The notes: a model not told the origin generated them from the sequence alone. Positions 26,706 through 36,467 are shown, numbered from the stretch's first letter. The stretch: 64,000 nucleotides of DNA from an uncultured Desulfobulbus sp. (GCA_963665445.1 OY762276.1:3278601-3342600); one strand, 5' to 3'. Translations and numbers: made by a program.

Positions 26706-29700
26706 TCAACGTGCATCAAGAACATCTCTGACTTTTTGGGCAATGGCCTGGGCCGTGAATGGTTTTTGCAGAAACTCGACATCGCCGCTGAGCACGCCGT
26801 TGTGATGAATGGCTCCTCCTGTATACCCGGAAACAAAAATAATCCGCATGTTCGGCCAACGCAATTTCACCTGCTCCGCCAACTCCTGGCCGCCCATTTC
26901 CGGCATGATCACATCCGTAATCAACAAATCAGGCACTTCCGTGCAGTCCTTTAAGAGTTGCAAAGCCTCAAGGCCATTGGCCGCAGTCAGTACCTCGTAG
27001 CCGAATTCCCTAAGAATGGAGTCTGCCAGTTCACGGACCATTGCATCGTCCTCAGCCAAAAGAATGGTCTCTTTACGTCCTTGAAGACCAGACTGCTGCT
27101 CTGTCCCCGATTCAGCGGTTTCATCGCTCTCCTGCGACCGTGGCAGATAGATTTTAAAACAGGAACCGTTGCCAGGTTCGCTATACACAGCGATGTGTCC
27201 CCGGCTCTGCTTGACAATTCCATACACGGTGGCCAAGCCAAGCCCTGTGCCCTTGCCTTTTTCCTTGGTGGTAAAGAACGGTTCGAAAATATGCGACAGG
27301 GTCTCACTATCAAGCCCGACCCCGGTATCACTGACGCTCAGCAGAACATGGGGTCCTGGCTCTACCTCCAGGTACTGCCTGGCATACGCATCATCCAGTT
27401 CCACGTTCGCTGTTTCCAGAATCAGCTTACCTCCTTGAGGCATGGCATCTCTGGCGTTCACGCAGAGATTGATGATAATCTGTTCTATGAGCACGGGATC
27501 AGCCAGAACGCGGCCCAGCCCCTCCTGAAGCACAGACTCCACCTGAATATTCTCACCAATCAGCCGACGCAGCATCTTTTCGGTACCGGTCACCACTCTG
27601 TTCAGATCCAAGACCTGGGGCTGCAGCAACTGTTTTCGGCTGAAAGCCAGGAGTTGCTGGGTTAACGAGGCCGCACTCTGGCCGGCCTTCTTAATTTGTT
27701 CGATATTCCCCAGGAGCCGCGTATCATTGCCCACACGGATCTTCAGCAGATCGCAATAGCCAATGATTGCGGTGAGGAGATTGTTGAAATCATGGGCAAC
27801 CCCGCCGGCAAGATTCCCCACCGCTTCCATTTTTGCTGCCTGCCGCAACTGCGCCTCAAGGTTGACACGGTCAGTGATATCACGAATGATGGCGACAATA
27901 TGTTCCCCTCCCTTTTCATCGACGTACAATAGTTTCCTGGTGATGATGGTGCGGGAAACCCCATGCATATCTGAAAGTTTCTCTTCATTGACGTTTTCCT
28001 CCCCCGTGGCGAACACCTGCTCGTCTTTGGCCCAGAAAACATCGGCCTCTTCTTTGGGGAAAAAATCGTAATCCGATTTGCCCAGCAACTCTTCTCGAGG
28101 CCTTTCCACAAACGTACAAAAGGCGTCATTCAACAGCTCCCACCGGTGCTGTCTGTCCTTCACAAAAATCGGTTCGGGAATCGTATTGAGTATCTGATCA
28201 AGCCAGTTTCGGGACTCGACCAGAGCCTCCTGGGTCACACGCAACTCCTCAAATTTTTCTTCGAGACGCTGATAGAGTTTCGCGTTTTCGATGAAAATCG
28301 CGGCCTGGGACAAAAGCGCGTCAAGCAACTGCAAACGATCCAGGGCAAAGACATCTGTGGCCAGGTTATTTTCCAGATACAGTACCCCCACCAATTTTTT
28401 CTGATGCACAAGGGGGAGCCCAAGGATGGAGCGTGCTTGACGATCCTGGACATATTTGTCCTGACCATATTCCGGATCGCTGCGGGCATCACCAAGGACA
28501 ACGGCCTTTTTCAGCTGCACCACTACGTTCACCACGGATTGGGGGATATCGTTGTCCTCCTCGATGGGAATGGCATCGGAAATTTCAATACCGGGGCCAT
28601 CCGTTGTTCCTCTTGCTTGAACAAACAGTTGGCCATCGCGGTCAATGATCAAAACACCTTTTTCCGCCCCGGCATTGTTCATCACGATCTGCATGAATTT
28701 TTCCAGCAGTCGATCAAGATGGATTTCCTGGGAGAGCATCCGTGACGCCTTGATGATCGCGGCCATATCCACCTGATCTGGACCAGTGAGGGGCGAAGGG
28801 CTCAAGCTGGGGAGTTCGTCGAGGCTAAGAACCCCTAATACTTCCAGCGTTTTTAAGGCTTTGTCCAATGTCTGGTCCCGATTCCCCTGAGCAGCACATG
28901 CTATAATTTGATATTTATATGCTTTTGCACGTTCGTCCCTGCCTCTGGCATGGCTTGCCAGCTCTTCGGCCAATACAAGTGTTCTTGAAAAGTTGCGGCT
29001 GGCATACTCAGCCTCAATGGCCTTATCAAACAGGTCACAGGTCAGTTCAGCGTACCGTTCCCACTTGTCCTGGGGAAGAAGCCCAAGCCCCATGTTGAAA
29101 TACCAGACAGCGCCAACATACCCTCCGGAGCGCAGGGCATGAGTCCCTGCCATGCAATTCAACGCTGCCAGCTGAACGAGTTCCTCCTCGGTTTTGATGT
29201 AACGAAAGCCCTCATTCAACTGATCGACCACGGTAAAAATGTGTTTGTCCAACTCTTCACTGGAGAGTTGAGCCAGAAACAACCTGCCCACCTGGAGATG
29301 GGTTTGCCGCTTCATCCGCGGAGAAAGCAAGGAGACGACAGCTGACCGCACCCGATCATGGGAAAATACAAACCGGGTCGGGCCAAATACTGGATTTTTG
29401 TCCACAGTCTGTTCTGCCTGTTCATCCATGTTCCGCAGAGGAACAATCAGCAATGCCTCTCCTGCCTCCAGCAGAAGCCTGTGCAACGAATCCGTGTGAC
29501 CTCCCAGCATTGCCTGCAGGGTTTCCAGAGAAAATTCCCTGCCAATACAGGCAGCTGTCTTGATCAACTCCCGGCAACCAGGAGAAAGTTTTTGCACCTT
29601 CTCGGTAACCGAACCGATCACATCCTCCATGACAGCTTTTTTTTGAACAAGGTCTTCATGCCAACACCATTGGCGTTGAGCAAAATCGAACCACAGCCCC

Positions 29701-31412
29701 CCCTCTGTATAGAGCGACTGAATGAAGGTAATGGCCAGCAAGGGGTTCCCCCCGGTTTTGTTGAATACAATCTCGGCAAAGGCTTCTGCTTGTCCATCGG
29801 AGCGCTGCACAATGTCTTCGATCAAATGTCCAAGTGATTGCAGATCCAAATTTTCTAGCCCAATACGCTGCAGGGGAAGATCCTCAACAGTTGCCCCCCC
29901 CCTCTTGCCAAACGAATTGCCTGCAGCGGATGACGATCCATCATATGCCCCGATCAGCAGAAGAGGGACCTTTGCCTTTTCCTCGGCCAAGAGCCTGAAC
30001 ACCTCCAGGGTCCCTGAGTCCGCCCAATGCAGGTCATCGAGAAAAACGACCAGCGGACCGAACTCCTGGGCCAGCAGGGAAATGATCGAAGAGATGGGAG
30101 CGTGGAGAGGTGCAGAGGAAGAGTGCAAAGACGCCATCCCTGCATGCTCGACGCCCTCATCCGGCATCAGCATATGGAGGCCGGGACACATGGAGTTCAA
30201 CAAATGCTGACAATGACCGACCTGGCTGGAAAGTTTGGCCCGCAATGCCTGCAACTGTTGTGGCTCCCTCCCGGAGAGCATGCTGCTCAATGCAGAGAAC
30301 ACCTGATTCAAGCCATTATAGGGCACATTTCTCTGGTACTGATCATGGCTACCGGCAACAAACAGGCAGCCGCGCTCCAGCACAGGCCGCTTTAATTCGT
30401 TCACCAGCAAGGTTTTGCCGCTTCCCTCGGGGCCGGAAACCAGGACGACCTCAGTCTGCCCTTGAACTGCACGCAGGAAACTGTTTTCAAGCGATATGGC
30501 CTCTGCCTCTCTGCCGTAGAGCCCCTGGGGAACCAATAATCCTGCCGAAACATCATCCCTGCCCAGGGGAAATGCGGCTATCTGCCCTGTTTGCTCAAGC
30601 AGGGACAAACACCGCTCCAGGTCCCTGGCAACCCCAAAGGCAGATTGATACCGCTCATCGGCACTTTTACTCAATAACTTCATGACAATATCTGAGACCA
30701 TTGTCGGCACTTCGGGATTGACAGTGGCTACAGCCCTGGGCGGCCTGGCAAGATGCGCGTAAATCAGTTCAGCGGCAGTCTCTGCAGTAAAGGGCAACTC
30801 GCCGGTCAGCATCTCATAGAAGACCACGCCCAGGGAGTATAGATCGGTGCGAAAATCAATTCCGCGGTTGATTCTGCCGGTCTGTTCAGGGGCAATGTAG
30901 GCGAGGTCGCCTTCAAGCAGTTCGGGGCGATCAAGCATCTGGGACAAGGTGCAATGCTCGGCAAGGGTAAAACCAATGAGCACAGGGGAACGCCCCGGGC
31001 CGATAAGGATATGGTCACTGCTCAGGTTTTTATGGATGATGTTGCTGTTATGGAGAACAACGAGCGTCTCTGCGACATCCCGGCCAATTGATATTTTTTC
31101 AGCAAGTCCGGGGTGTTCAGCAGCACAAAAATCCTTCAGGCTGACTCCCGGAACATACCTGAGCAGGAGGCTCGCTTTTCCTGACAGGGTCCCGGATTCA
31201 ATAGCCGTGCGAATACCGGGATGATCGAACTGCTGGGTGATTTTCAATTCATTGGCGAATAACTCCGCCGTCCGTGAAAAAGGGGCAGCGGTCCTCGCTA
31301 TTTTCACCACCACCTGTATACCGTCCGGGGCGTTGTCAAAGCGATACACGCTGGAGTGACGGCCTTGATGAAGGAGGATGAGATCCTTGGTGTCTATTTC
31401 CTTGATACCCAT
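26706..31412 (-). CDS. Multidomain sensor: Ser/Thr-kinase-like domain, AAA ATPase, helical region, GAF, PAS, HisKA, HATPase, receiver
   Basis: YIAPEQTGR...TDLYSLG, Walker A GPEGSGKT, Walker B FLDDLHWAD, GAF (ASRMLSQEI...GVLYLENN), PAS, H-box GVAHDFNNLL, KGTGLGLA, REC LLITDVIMP. Confidence 0.92.
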   Translation of the reverse strand: MGIKEIDTKDLILLHQGRHSSVYRFDNAPDGIQVVVKIARTAAPFSRTAELFANELKITQQFDHPGIRTAIESGTLSGKASLLLRYVPGVSLKDFCAAEHPGLAEKISIGRDVAETLVVLHNSNIIHKNLSSDHILIGPGRSPVLIGFTLAEHCTLSQMLDRPELLEGDLAYIAPEQTGRINRGIDFRTDLYSLGVVFYEMLTGELPFTAETAAELIYAHLARPPRAVATVNPEVPTMVSDIVMKLLSKSADERYQSAFGVARDLERCLSLLEQTGQIAAFPLGRDDVSAGLLVPQGLYGREAEAISLENSFLRAVQGQTEVVLVSGPEGSGKTLLVNELKRPVLERGCLFVAGSHDQYQRNVPYNGLNQVFSALSSMLSGREPQQLQALRAKLSSQVGHCQHLLNSMCPGLHMLMPDEGVEHAGMASLHSSSAPLHAPISSIISLLAQEFGPLVVFLDDLHWADSGTLEVFRLLAEEKAKVPLLLIGAYDGSSSAAGNSFGKRGGATVEDLPLQRIGLENLDLQSLGHLIEDIVQRSDGQAEAFAEIVFNKTGGNPLLAITFIQSLYTEGGLWFDFAQRQWCWHEDLVQKKAVMEDVIGSVTEKVQKLSPGCRELIKTAACIGREFSLETLQAMLGGHTDSLHRLLLEAGEALLIVPLRNMDEQAEQTVDKNPVFGPTRFVFSHDRVRSAVVSLLSPRMKRQTHLQVGRLFLAQLSSEELDKHIFTVVDQLNEGFRYIKTEEELVQLAALNCMAGTHALRSGGYVGAVWYFNMGLGLLPQDKWERYAELTCDLFDKAIEAEYASRNFSRTLVLAEELASHARGRDERAKAYKYQIIACAAQGNRDQTLDKALKTLEVLGVLSLDELPSLSPSPLTGPDQVDMAAIIKASRMLSQEIHLDRLLEKFMQIVMNNAGAEKGVLIIDRDGQLFVQARGTTDGPGIEISDAIPIEEDNDIPQSVVNVVVQLKKAVVLGDARSDPEYGQDKYVQDRQARSILGLPLVHQKKLVGVLYLENNLATDVFALDRLQLLDALLSQAAIFIENAKLYQRLEEKFEELRVTQEALVESRNWLDQILNTIPEPIFVKDRQHRWELLNDAFCTFVERPREELLGKSDYDFFPKEEADVFWAKDEQVFATGEENVNEEKLSDMHGVSRTIITRKLLYVDEKGGEHIVAIIRDITDRVNLEAQLRQAAKMEAVGNLAGGVAHDFNNLLTAIIGYCDLLKIRVGNDTRLLGNIEQIKKAGQSAASLTQQLLAFSRKQLLQPQVLDLNRVVTGTEKMLRRLIGENIQVESVLQEGLGRVLADPVLIEQIIINLCVNARDAMPQGGKLILETANVELDDAYARQYLEVEPGPHVLLSVSDTGVGLDSETLSHIFEPFFTTKEKGKGTGLGLATVYGIVKQSRGHIAVYSEPGNGSCFKIYLPRSQESDETAESGTEQQSGLQGRKETILLAEDDAMVRELADSILREFGYEVLTAANGLEALQLLKDCTEVPDLLITDVIMPEMGGQELAEQVKLRWPNMRIIFVSGYTGGAIHHNGVLSGDVEFLQKPFTAQAIAQKVRDVLDAR

Positions 31413-31482
31413 AGTCCTGTTCTTCTTCCCTGTTCAACAGCAGGCCGGACGGTTCGGCCAGTTTCCGCGCCCTGCCAGGACA

Positions 31483-33123
31483 TTATCCGAGAGGGCAAGC
31501 AGCAAAAAAATCAGAAAGCACCATGACCTTTTCCGGGCAGACCTGTTCACAACGTTTGCAGGCAACGCCCGCGCAACGGGATTGGCACAACCGCATCAGG
31601 GGAGGATCTACATCACCTTCCAACTCCAGTGCGGATTGAGGGCAGGCCTGCACACAGCAGGAACATGCACTGCAGCCTGCAATGGCTCGAGACAGAGTCT
31701 GCCCTGCATCAGCAACGATTTGCAGGCCTAAACGCCCCCATTGCCTCCGTTCTCCCTGTTCATCCCGTTGAATAACCGGTGATGCAACCTTCATGGAAAA
31801 CTCCTTGATGCCATAACGATTCATCAGCTTGCGGTAAGCGGTCATGGGCAAGCCCTCGCTCCAGAAAGACAGCTCGAGCATGTACATCTTTTTAAAGATG
31901 TCGGACGCGGCCAGGACGCAATGGTCCACGCGGAGCTGTTCTGCCAACTGCTCCATCGCCTCAAGCCGCGATGGAGCCAGCACCAGTTCCCTCGCCATCT
32001 TCAACGAGGTGTTGCCGACCTGATGCACCTCCTGTGCACTGGAGGGAAGCAGGCCCACAGACATCGCCTTGACAGGATCCGCATAAGTACCGGCTGCTCC
32101 GGCCATATAGACGGCGTGCACGTCTCCATAGCCGATACCGGCGTTGTGACAGAGGGTGACATGGCCGGCTCGGATTGCTCCGATCGCCTTTCCGGCCTCC
32201 TGCAGATCTTCCTCGGAAAAATAGAGTTTTTGCCCCAGGTGCAGGCGGGAATCCGGGGTTTGGATATATGGCAGTTGAATATGACCTCCCCTCAATGCCT
32301 CGGAGAGGAGAGCCACCACGCCTGTGCCCGTGATCCCCCAGACAAGCACACTGGTGCTCTCAGCCGCGGACGGTCGCTCGAGCTCCACCACCGGTCCCTG
32401 GACAGGTTGCATAGCCTCATCCAAGACCAACAGCCGATATCCTGAGGCATCCAGGGGTTGAAGGTCGCTGACCGCACCAGGGGCGGCGAGCATCCCACAG
32501 GCAATCTGTTGCCCCTCGATGGCAGGGCCTGCCGCGGCAGAGGCGGTGATGATACGTCCGTCGTGGTAGAGCGCCATCTCTGCATTGGTGCCGTAATCGG
32601 TAATCAGGGCTGTCTGTGTCTCGCGCAGAATATCGCTTTGCAGCAGCATGGCCAGACCATCGGCACCAATGGTCGGACAGACCGCGGGCGGAATGATGAC
32701 CGCACAGTGTTTCTCCACTCCCAGCCCCGGCAAGGTCCCCGCGTTGACAATGATGCCGTGCCGATCAGGAGCCACGATGCCGAGGGCTGCCAGCTTTCGT
32801 GTTCCGGTATAGGCCAGATCCCGCACCTCAATGCCCTGGAACAGAGAAAGCTGCACCGTGTTGCCGCAGAGGGCCAGCCTCCTGATCGAGGCAACGGGAA
32901 TCCTGAGATGGTGCACCATGGTGCGCACCGCCTGACGCAGTATTTGAGTCGCGGTCGACACGCCCACTTCAAGGGCGAAGTGGAGATGATCGACAACATT
33001 GGCCCCAGGCAGGGGATGGGTCAGGGAGATGGCGGTGGAAATCACCTTGCCCGAGGCCAGGTCAACGGCCTGGGCACGGAGACCGCTCGTCCCTATATCC
33101 ATGGCCACCCCCAGTTGTTCCAT
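31483..33123 (-). CDS. ramA: Corrinoid protein reductive activase, RamA type (ASKHA ATPase with C-terminal 2x[4Fe-4S])
   Basis: MDIGTSGLRAQ, HPLPGANVVDHL, TDYGTNAEMAL, SAAAGPAIEGQ, GITGTG, AGKAIGAIRA, GNTSL, C-terminal CSACSCCVQACP and CAGVACKRCEQVCP. GGAGG RBS before ATG 33123. Confidence 0.9.
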   Translation of the reverse strand: MEQLGVAMDIGTSGLRAQAVDLASGKVISTAISLTHPLPGANVVDHLHFALEVGVSTATQILRQAVRTMVHHLRIPVASIRRLALCGNTVQLSLFQGIEVRDLAYTGTRKLAALGIVAPDRHGIIVNAGTLPGLGVEKHCAVIIPPAVCPTIGADGLAMLLQSDILRETQTALITDYGTNAEMALYHDGRIITASAAAGPAIEGQQIACGMLAAPGAVSDLQPLDASGYRLLVLDEAMQPVQGPVVELERPSAAESTSVLVWGITGTGVVALLSEALRGGHIQLPYIQTPDSRLHLGQKLYFSEEDLQEAGKAIGAIRAGHVTLCHNAGIGYGDVHAVYMAGAAGTYADPVKAMSVGLLPSSAQEVHQVGNTSLKMARELVLAPSRLEAMEQLAEQLRVDHCVLAASDIFKKMYMLELSFWSEGLPMTAYRKLMNRYGIKEFSMKVASPVIQRDEQGERRQWGRLGLQIVADAGQTLSRAIAGCSACSCCVQACPQSALELEGDVDPPLMRLCQSRCAGVACKRCEQVCPEKVMVLSDFFAACPLG

Positions 33124-33143
33124 TAGACCTCCAAGGTTGCTGG

Positions 33144-34511
33144 CTACAATCCGTACGATTCTTTCCGAAATCCGCGTATCCGAGCGTATTTTGCAAGACA
33201 AAGGTCAATGAAGTCCTCTTCATCTTCAGGCAGACTCTCAATTTCGGCCATGTAATGCTTCAGGGCGTCATGCTCGTAGGTCGTCAGCCGCAGGCGAGGA
33301 TCGGCAAAGATCAATTCTCCGCATTTGAGGGCAGCAGCCCGAGCCCGGCTATACAGACTCTGGTGATGTTCAACCACGGTCTTCCCTATTTCCCAGGCAA
33401 TATCCGGACAGAGGATATAGCTCTGGGGATCCCGGTAACGATCGGAATTGACCATGCAGGCCTGCAGTTCCTTCTCATACCCCAGGCCGATGGCCGTATT
33501 CATGAGCGCGGTATCGTATCCCAGAATTTCCGTAAAGACTGCGGCTGTACTGCCGCCGAACATGGCGTGAAATTCCACTGCCTCGTTGGACCAGAGATCG
33601 CAGACCGCTCCAATCACATTGCCGCAAAAATCAGAGTGGGCACAGGCGCTGCTCTTGCCTTCACAGGATATGGGCACGCCGGCAATGGCCTTGATCATCG
33701 GGTTTTCGTAGGCACAGTTTTTTCCCGGCCCGGTAGCTCCGCACTCATAGGCGACCAGGGTATTACTCACACAGATGGCTCGGGAAAGGGCCGCCAAGGT
33801 ATGGGGGACTTCCCTGCCCAGGTATCCGCCGGCCATGAACATGGCTGTATTCGCATGGGCGCAGCTGGTATCGCCACTGGGACAACACTCGTGTTGCCGG
33901 GCAATGGCGACGATCTGTGGCCACAACCACTGCATATCGCGACCACCCAACACCGCCTGACCGAAAAGGAGGCCGGTCACGTCATTGCGGATAATGGCAT
34001 GATCAAAGATCTCCTTGCCGCCGATGGATTCAATGGCCACCATATCCGTATGCCGGGCGCAGGCGGCAAAGGCATCCAGCACAAGTTGCGCACGTTCTGA
34101 ATCGCGCATATGGGTAATGTCGGGTTTACGCAGATCGGCGATGGTGAAGCGGCACACGGATTCAACCCCATACCTGTCTTTGAACCGTTCCATCAACGAT
34201 ACGGTCTGGGCAGCGACCGCCTCACCCCATTGGGTTATCTGGGTCATCTGCGCAACGTGTTCGACCTCCAGACAGATATGGGAATGACCGATGGAAACAC
34301 AACGCTCCAGGGCATCGGTATAACTGCGCTCGTATTCACGAAGCAGCGTTTTCAGGGACGCCTCACTCCCGGAACGGGGCTGGACCACAATCTCCGGAAG
34401 GACCTCTCCTCCACCGATAACCAGGCCTCTTCTGGTCCTCACCGGATACAGAGAGGAACCGAACATCATATCCTCGGCCCGGGTATAGGCCATTGTTGTA
34501 CTCAGCTGCAT
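33144..34511 (-). CDS. mtaB: Methanol:corrinoid methyltransferase, MtaB family (MT1)
   Basis: MAYTRAEDMMFG..YPV, EHVAQM, IESIGGKE, GDTSCAHANTAMF, GPGKNCAYEN, EGKSSACAHSD, DLWSNE, SDRYRDPQ. The Glu/Cys/Cys zinc ligands of MtaB are present. Confidence 0.93.
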   Translation of the reverse strand: MQLSTTMAYTRAEDMMFGSSLYPVRTRRGLVIGGGEVLPEIVVQPRSGSEASLKTLLREYERSYTDALERCVSIGHSHICLEVEHVAQMTQITQWGEAVAAQTVSLMERFKDRYGVESVCRFTIADLRKPDITHMRDSERAQLVLDAFAACARHTDMVAIESIGGKEIFDHAIIRNDVTGLLFGQAVLGGRDMQWLWPQIVAIARQHECCPSGDTSCAHANTAMFMAGGYLGREVPHTLAALSRAICVSNTLVAYECGATGPGKNCAYENPMIKAIAGVPISCEGKSSACAHSDFCGNVIGAVCDLWSNEAVEFHAMFGGSTAAVFTEILGYDTALMNTAIGLGYEKELQACMVNSDRYRDPQSYILCPDIAWEIGKTVVEHHQSLYSRARAAALKCGELIFADPRLRLTTYEHDALKHYMAEIESLPEDEEDFIDLCLAKYARIRGFRKESYGL

Positions 34512-34571
34512 ACGCCTCTCTCCTCCCCGCTCGTTCCTCCGGTGTTTTCTGGCGCTTCATGTCCACGCGGA

Positions 34572-35333
34572 TCAACCGTTCCACTTTTCCCGGATCTCGT
34601 GCCAGGACATGCCCCGCAGGGCGTCTTCCGCAATGCCGACAGCCCATGAGGCCTCTTTGCCCCAGATCCCCAGATCAAACCCCGAGGTGAAATCTTCATT
34701 GACCGCTCCACCGCCACAGACAAAGGGGATATGCAGATTCAACCTTTTCAGTTTGGCCGCAATACGGGGAAACGCGGTCATGGTGGTCGTCATCAAGGCG
34801 GTTCCACCGAGGAACAGTGGCTTATGCTCCTGACAACTCTGCACCACAAGATCAACCGGCACATCCGATCCCAGGTTAATCACCTCATAACCGGCAGTAC
34901 ACAGCAGGGCATTGACGATAAGTTGCCCAATATCATGGATGTCTCCTTCAGCCGTATGGGTGATAACCTTACCCTTTTTCGTCATAGGATGCCCCATGGT
35001 TCGCTCACAGAGGGAAATCCCCGCGAGCATGGCATCTGCAGAAAGGACGACCTGGGGAAGAAAATAGCTCCCTTCAGCCCATAATCTGCTGACTTCAGCC
35101 ATGCCCGGGATGAGTCCTTCCCGGATCACATCTTCTGGACGCTTGTGTTCAAGAGCCTGCTGGACAATGGGGAGAATCTCCTCATCATCCCCATGGACGA
35201 CGTACTCTGCCACCTGTTGCAGCATGGCATCATGGGAAAAGATGTGCTTTTCCTGTTCTTCATGCTCAAGAACAAGGTCAAAGCGGGTAAAGACCTGGGA
35301 ATGATCGTCAAGATACTTCACGCGTTCCTCCAT
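34572..35333 (-). CDS. mtaC: Methyltransferase corrinoid protein, MtaC family
   Basis: Cap domain plus B12-binding HTAEGDIHDIG (DxHxxG), GGTALMTTTM, PFVCGGGAVNEDF. The true start may be GTG 35321, since GGAGG lies in codons 1-3. Confidence 0.92.
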   Translation of the reverse strand: MEERVKYLDDHSQVFTRFDLVLEHEEQEKHIFSHDAMLQQVAEYVVHGDDEEILPIVQQALEHKRPEDVIREGLIPGMAEVSRLWAEGSYFLPQVVLSADAMLAGISLCERTMGHPMTKKGKVITHTAEGDIHDIGQLIVNALLCTAGYEVINLGSDVPVDLVVQSCQEHKPLFLGGTALMTTTMTAFPRIAAKLKRLNLHIPFVCGGGAVNEDFTSGFDLGIWGKEASWAVGIAEDALRGMSWHEIREKWNG

Positions 35334-35767
35334 GTTCTGATATATGAAAGAGTATATATCAAACCCAGTAAAAACAGAAGGAAGCCCCTCAAAAGAAGCG
35401 AAGAACGAGCCTCTCTTTGCACAAGCTCAACCAGCGGTACCGCGCACAGCCGAACAGACTGATTTCACAAGGAATTTCCCCATCATTCCCTTCCAACAAT
35501 GGACACAGATGTGTTATTGGCCTGGCAAGCGGATGAATCGAACGGCGCTCAGCTGAGGAAAAGGGGTGCCGACAGGCACTCTTTCTCGAGGAAATGACGT
35601 GTTGGAAATAGTGTGTCCGATTTATACTCTTTTTTACTCCATTGCGTTATTGCGCCTGAAGAGCTCTAATAAATATGTGCAACTTGTGCTGACACTCCCT
35701 GAGATTGGGGTGAAAGAAGAGATACGCACCACCTGATCCGGTCCTTAACGTCTTGAGGAGAACGCTC

Positions 35768-36220
35768 ATGCCTGTCGGAGAACTTTGTAATCGGGAAGTC
35801 GTGTTTGCCACCAAATCAACCACTATTACAGAAGCGGCCCAGCTCATGCGCCGCTACCACGTCGGTGATTTGGTTGTCGTGGACGAAGTCAACTGCAAGC
35901 GGATTCCGGTTGGTATTGTCACCGATCGAGATATCGTCATCGAAGTCGTTGCCAAATCGCAGCCATTACAAGATTGTACCGTCGACAAGATTATGAATCC
36001 AAGACTTATACATGTACCAGAATCAGCGGGGATGATCGAAGCCATTCGCTTGATGCGCGCCCACGCTATTCGCCGAATTCCAGTCGTGAGCAACGACGGA
36101 ACACTGGTCGGCATTCTGTCGGCAGACGATGTGCTGGACCTTCTTGCCGAGGAGTTGTCGGAATTGGCAAAAGTCTCGCCACGCCAACAGACCCGGGAAA
36201 TTCGCTCCAAACTTCCTTAA
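35768..36220 (+). CDS. Stand-alone CBS-pair protein
   Basis: AAQLMRRYHVGDLVVVD...GIVTDRDIV and AIRLMRAHAIRRIPVV...GILSADD. GAGGAG RBS. Confidence 0.9.
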   Translation: MPVGELCNREVVFATKSTTITEAAQLMRRYHVGDLVVVDEVNCKRIPVGIVTDRDIVIEVVAKSQPLQDCTVDKIMNPRLIHVPESAGMIEAIRLMRAHAIRRIPVVSNDGTLVGILSADDVLDLLAEELSELAKVSPRQQTREIRSKLP

Positions 36221-36467
36221 CCGGATTCTTTCCAAGCATCTTTGATCGGATTGGACGCATACTTTTCTCTCCCTGTTCCCGCCAAAAAACATAACCTATT
36301 GACTTAACGATTAAATACTGTAGGCCGCCTTCAATGGCAATTCTACTGTTCTCGCAACCTGGGGAGCACTGTGCAGAGGTTCAGAGGAATGTCACCATTG
36401 CAGAGACAGAATCCATATGAGAAGGAGCAGGTGTATCTGAAGTCGAGAAAACATTGAGGACAAGCAT

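Noticed and set aside
32381-32390. AGCTCCACCA matching the tRNA-Ala 3' end (possible att site)
   Set aside because: Only 10 bp, in the wrong orientation and inside intact ramA coding sequence.
35471-35491. Possible cobalamin riboswitch upstream of mtaC (minus strand AGGGAATGATGGGGAAATTCC)
   Set aside because: Resembles only the first B12-element block. The CCCGC..ACTGT, GCCACTG and AGnCAGnAGAC blocks are absent. An Infernal search with the Rfam cobalamin models would settle it.
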